From IMG/VR virus record IMGVR_UViG_3300042939_000937: a stretch of DNA of 20,000 bases; one strand, given 5' to 3'. This document shows, in pieces, positions 16,573 through 20,000 of the stretch. Below the pieces are notes generated by a model, which searched no databases, was not told where the DNA came from, and saw only the letters and a list, made by a program, of their open reading frames with translations. This DNA is from an uncultured virus (IMG/VR IMGVR_UViG_3300042939_000937) (Duplodnaviria > Heunggongvirae > Uroviricota > Caudoviricetes). A program made the translations under genes and the position numbers. Positions within the stretch are counted from its first letter, which is position 1. Every line of letters starts with the position of its first letter.

Positions 16573-19500
16573 TTACGGACGGGACTCGAGAGTGGAAACG
16601 CGATACTCCAGCTCTGCATTCATGGTGGAGAGTTCCTGGATTGCCTTGACAAGGACGGGAACGAGTGCTTCACCGTTGTAGCGAAGTTTGTTGGGATCCG
16701 TGGAGTCGATGATGATGCCTGAGCCCCCTTCGAGAGCGAGAATGTCCTGAGCGAGGAAGCCATAGCGCAGGGGGCCATGTGCCTCGGTGCTCTCTCGGTC
16801 CTTCTTAAAGTGGAACGCCTTGGGCTCAAGTTGCTTGACGAACTCAAGGCCATGGGGTACAGACCCCTCGACAATCTTGTCGCGAGCGTCGGAAGTTACG
16901 GTCCAGGCAACTTGGACGTAGGCGTTCGTGACCGCCGTGCTTCCAATGACGACCCGGTTATCTTCGCTGTTCACGTCGAAGACGGGGGCGTAGGTCCCCG
17001 CTGCGTTGGTACCACCAACAATAACGTTTCCAGAACCTCCGTTCAAAAGTTGTCCGGAGCGGTCTCCCAGAGCGGTGTTAAATGATCCCGTGGTGTTGTA
17101 CTTTAAGGACTCAAACCCAAAGGCAGCGTTGCAGGTTCCGCTTGTTGTGGCGTAAATAGCACTGACGCCGAGGGCAGTGTTGTAAAGGGTGGTGCAACCG
17201 TAAACCGTGCCGAGAGCGGACGGAGTGGCAGCAGCGGGGGCTGGGACGGGACCCCAGACAGGCGCTTCGGTGTCCCCACAAGTGATGAGAACTTGACCTG
17301 CGGTACCAAAGTTGCTTACACCCCCAGGCGACATAGCATTATTACCGTTCCAGAGGACCTTGATTCCAGACCCGTCAAAACGGCCATCGGAGATAAAGGC
17401 ATGATTACTACACCCGTCTAGGGCAATTCCGTCATACGAACCGATGAAAGTGTTTCCACTACCGTTTGTTACCTTGCAACCTGAACTATGTCCAATAGCA
17501 GTATTGTAGTCTCCGGCGGTCAGCTCAGCGAGACTTTCATACCCCACCACGGTGCTACAGCAGGAAATACCTATGGAGTTAAGGGCCTTATGTCCTACGA
17601 CAACGCTGGTCTCGAGTTGAGTAGCGTCACAAACGGCTCTTGCCCCGATGACAACATTATCTCCCCCAGTAGTCGCAGCGCATAAAGCGTATGAACCGAT
17701 AATGACCGAGTCATTTTCGTTGTCATTTGACAATAGCGCCTGATGACCGATGACAACATTATAGCAACCACCATTGTTTGCATGCGCCGCACACCTTCCA
17801 ACAAACGTGTTATAGGTAGTTTCATCAGGGTCACAAGTGTTGAGGCCAGCCTCAAACCCGTAGGCCGTATTGTATTGGTTTTGATAGCCGTAGACGGTTC
17901 CGAGTGCTATGGCAGTTGCCGCAGGAGGCGCACCCCAAACAGGAGCTTGGGTGGATCCACAAGAAACGAGGACCTGACCCGCTGTACCAAAGCCGCTGAG
18001 ACCCCCGAAAGAAACGGCTTTATTTTCATTCCAGGCAATCCTTATACCGCTTCCGTTGGCTGTTCCGTCAGAAATAACAACGAGGTTGTTGCAACCGTCG
18101 ATGTCTTTACCGCAGTAGCCGCCAAGAATAACGTTGTAACTACCGGAAAGCAAATCTGACCCAGAGCAGTGTCCGACAGTTGTGTTGTAAGAACCGGTTA
18201 CTATGCAGTTTAACGCACCGTGACCCAGACCTGTGTTGTAGCACCCGACTTCAAGGAAAGCGCCAGCCGTCGCACCGAAGAAAACGTTGCGATCACCCGT
18301 TTGAAGGCGATTACCAGCGTTATTGCCCATAGCAACGTTCTGATATCCGTCGGTAAGAGTTCGCAAAGCTCCCCCACCAACCGCAACGTTACAGTAACAG
18401 GAAACGTTGCTACACAGTGCATTAACTCCTATGGCAGTATTTCTGCAGGCAGTGCTACCAGTTGCGTTGCTCAGCGCATTCCAGCCGATAGCAGTGTTGC
18501 AAGTGTTGTATGTTGCGTTGTGGCTAAGCAGCGCATTGCAGCCCAGAGCAGTGTCAAATCCAGTGGTGCAGCCGAGAACAGTTCCATCGACTGTCGGTGT
18601 TGCAGGTGTTCCGGCAGGATCAGCCCACCGAGGTGCAGCAGCATTGCCGCATGAGACCAGAACTTGACCAGCGGTGCCGTAGGCGGGTGTGTTGAAACCA
18701 GAACCGGAGTTGAAGGGGCTCCAAGCTCCAGAAGCGTTGATGCGCAGACCGAGCACAGTCCCGGCACCGTTCGCAAGGTAAATGTTGTTGTTAAACCCTG
18801 CTTGTCCGTTAGCGTTACCGAAGATTGCGTTGCCATCTTCAATGGTTAGGTCACTTCCTGCGGTGTAACCAATGGCAATATTTTGTGCACCTGTGGTTAG
18901 AAGTGGAAGAGAAGTTTCTCCAACAGCAGTGTTATAGGAACCGGTTGTATTCGCTTGCATCGACCCTGAGCCGATAGCGGTGTTTAACGACCCGTTGTTA
19001 ACTAGAAGAGCGTTGCATCCAAGAGCGGCGTTGCCATTGTCGGTGCAACCTAGAACGCTGCCCAAAGCAATTGGAGTCGCAGCAGGACTCGCAGCGCCAC
19101 TCGTCCATCCCCAAGTATTTCCGGGACCACCAGAACAAAGGACTTGACCGGCTGTGCCGTAGTCGGTACCATTGAAGGAGAGGGCACCGCACTCGTTGAG
19201 CTTGAGGCGAAGAGTCCCTTGTCCGTCGGAAAGGCTAATCGTGCACTCCTCTCCAGCAACGCCTGCATTCCCGCCGATGAGAACGTTGAAGTTCTCCGTA
19301 GTGTAGGCAGTTCCGGCAGTGTTACCGATGACAATGTTGCAGCAACCTGTCTCCAATATGGGGAGAGCCTGGAAGCCAACCGCAATGTTGCCGCCACCCG
19401 TTGTGGTGTTTACGCCAGCGCCACCGCCCAAAGCAGTGTTACCGAGACCATCCGTGAGGTTAGCCAGGGCGCAAATACCGACAGCAACGTTGCCTATCGC

Positions 19501-20000
19501 CGAGGCGCTCGGGGTGCCCAGGGTGCCCTGCCCCAGAGAAGTGTTATACTCGGCCCCCGTTGTGCAACCGTAAACACTTCCCTCAACTATTGGGGTAGCG
19601 GAGCTGCCTGAGCCCGGTGGTCCCCAGACAGGGGCTCCAGTTGTGCCACAAGAAATCAGGACGTCGCCGGGATTACCATAGTCGCCCCGACCACCGGGGT
19701 CCATCGCAGCAGCATCGCTCCAGATGACCTTAACGTTGGTGCAGCTAAGATTATCGTTATCGGAAATGGCAACGTGGCAGTCGCAGCCTGCAATCCGACT
19801 ACCGTCGAACCCGCCCAGCAAAACATTGAAACTTTCCGTGGTAAGGGCACTTCCAGCAAAACACCCAATAGCTGTGTTGTTAAACCCTACGGTCACACCG
19901 CACAAAGAGCGGTACCCCAGCGCCAGGTTAAAACAACCCGTGGTAATGTCCTCGCCAGTCCGGTGACCAACCAGAGTGTTGCAACCACCTGTAGTGATGC
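16573..20000 (-). CDS. Fibre G (>1140 aa, 5' end outside window): tandem NTAxG beta-roll modules plus C-terminal Peptidase S74 chaperone
   Basis: The frame stays open upstream of the called TTG 19905 (ITTGGCNTLVGHRTGEDITTGCFNLALGYRSLCG...). Repeated ATPxxxGxVxGCT...GTAGQVLxSCG..PxW modules. TSDARDK (Ser codon 16893-16891)...YGFLAQD...LVPVLVKAIQEL C-terminus. Confidence 0.88.
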   Translation of the reverse strand, partial: ITTGGCNTLVGHRTGEDITTGCFNLALGYRSLCGVTVGFNNTAIGCFAGSALTTESFNVLLGGFDGSRIAGCDCHVAISDNDNLSCTNVKVIWSDAAAMDPGGRGDYGNPGDVLISCGTTGAPVWGPPGSGSSATPIVEGSVYGCTTGAEYNTSLGQGTLGTPSASAIGNVAVGICALANLTDGLGNTALGGGAGVNTTTGGGNIAVGFQALPILETGCCNIVIGNTAGTAYTTENFNVLIGGNAGVAGEECTISLSDGQGTLRLKLNECGALSFNGTDYGTAGQVLCSGGPGNTWGWTSGAASPAATPIALGSVLGCTDNGNAALGCNALLVNNGSLNTAIGSGSMQANTTGSYNTAVGETSLPLLTTGAQNIAIGYTAGSDLTIEDGNAIFGNANGQAGFNNNIYLANGAGTVLGLRINASGAWSPFNSGSGFNTPAYGTAGQVLVSCGNAAAPRWADPAGTPATPTVDGTVLGCTTGFDTALGCNALLSHNATYNTCNTAIGWNALSNATGSTACRNTAIGVNALCSNVSCYCNVAVGGGALRTLTDGYQNVAMGNNAGNRLQTGDRNVFFGATAGAFLEVGCYNTGLGHGALNCIVTGSYNTTVGHCSGSDLLSGSYNVILGGYCGKDIDGCNNLVVISDGTANGSGIRIAWNENKAVSFGGLSGFGTAGQVLVSCGSTQAPVWGAPPAATAIALGTVYGYQNQYNTAYGFEAGLNTCDPDETTYNTFVGRCAAHANNGGCYNVVIGHQALLSNDNENDSVIIGSYALCAATTGGDNVVIGARAVCDATQLETSVVVGHKALNSIGISCCSTVVGYESLAELTAGDYNTAIGHSSGCKVTNGSGNTFIGSYDGIALDGCSNHAFISDGRFDGSGIKVLWNGNNAMSPGGVSNFGTAGQVLITCGDTEAPVWGPVPAPAAATPSALGTVYGCTTLYNTALGVSAIYATTSGTCNAAFGFESLKYNTTGSFNTALGDRSGQLLNGGSGNVIVGGTNAAGTYAPVFDVNSEDNRVVIGSTAVTNAYVQVAWTVTSDARDKIVEGSVPHGLEFVKQLEPKAFHFKKDRESTEAHGPLRYGFLAQDILALEGGSGIIIDSTDPNKLRYNGEALVPVLVKAIQELSTMNAELEYRVSTLESRP

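Noticed and set aside
16536..19905. ORF-track starts at TTG 16541 and TTG 19905
   Set aside because: ATG 16535 matches the paralog N-termini, and the frame of G stays open past 19905 to the window edge.
266..19966. Numerous plus-strand and alternate-frame ORFs (e.g. 10225-11424, 11489-12124, 14034-14756)
   Set aside because: They lie within long minus-strand genes and are shadows of repetitive Thr/Gly/Ala/Val codons, with no recognisable domains.
1830..20000. Bacterial trimeric autotransporter adhesins
   Set aside because: YadA-head-like repeats are present, but there are no signal peptides and no C-terminal beta-barrel anchors. The collar, S74 and tail-fibre repeats favour phage fibres.
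1..20000. Diversity-generating retroelement or invertase shufflon
   Set aside because: No reverse transcriptase or recombinase is in the window, no template/variable pair with adenine-specific mismatches was seen, and all cassettes are full genes in one orientation.
1..20000. Stop-codon reassignment
   Set aside because: Standard-code ORFs are long and uninterrupted, and TAA, TAG and TGA all terminate genes at sensible domain ends.

Overview
The window is almost fully coding on the minus strand. It holds six large, Thr/Gly/Ala/Val-rich, charge-poor, Cys-sprinkled fibre genes in tandem, two of them cut by the window edges. They are built from shared modules typical of phage tail or head fibres: ASTTQxGxVQL..AVKxAYD tail-fibre repeats, TVDAQGRITAA stalk repeats, NTAxGxxAL beta-roll repeats, a tail-collar domain and two Peptidase S74 chaperones. 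Each fibre with a visible C-terminus ends differently: S74, BclA/C1q-like, FN3x3 plus NHL propeller, or collar plus C1q-like. All five genes with a visible 5' end start with the same peptide (PIPNxPFxxP...GxG). Each is preceded 21-29 nt upstream by the same element, GGGTAAAACC-N3-YATA, with no Shine-Dalgarno sequence. One unrelated HNH-like endonuclease gene with its own sigma70-like promoter sits inside the array, apparently at one of these elements. The most likely source is the structural region of a large dsDNA phage; this is an inference and the host is unknown.
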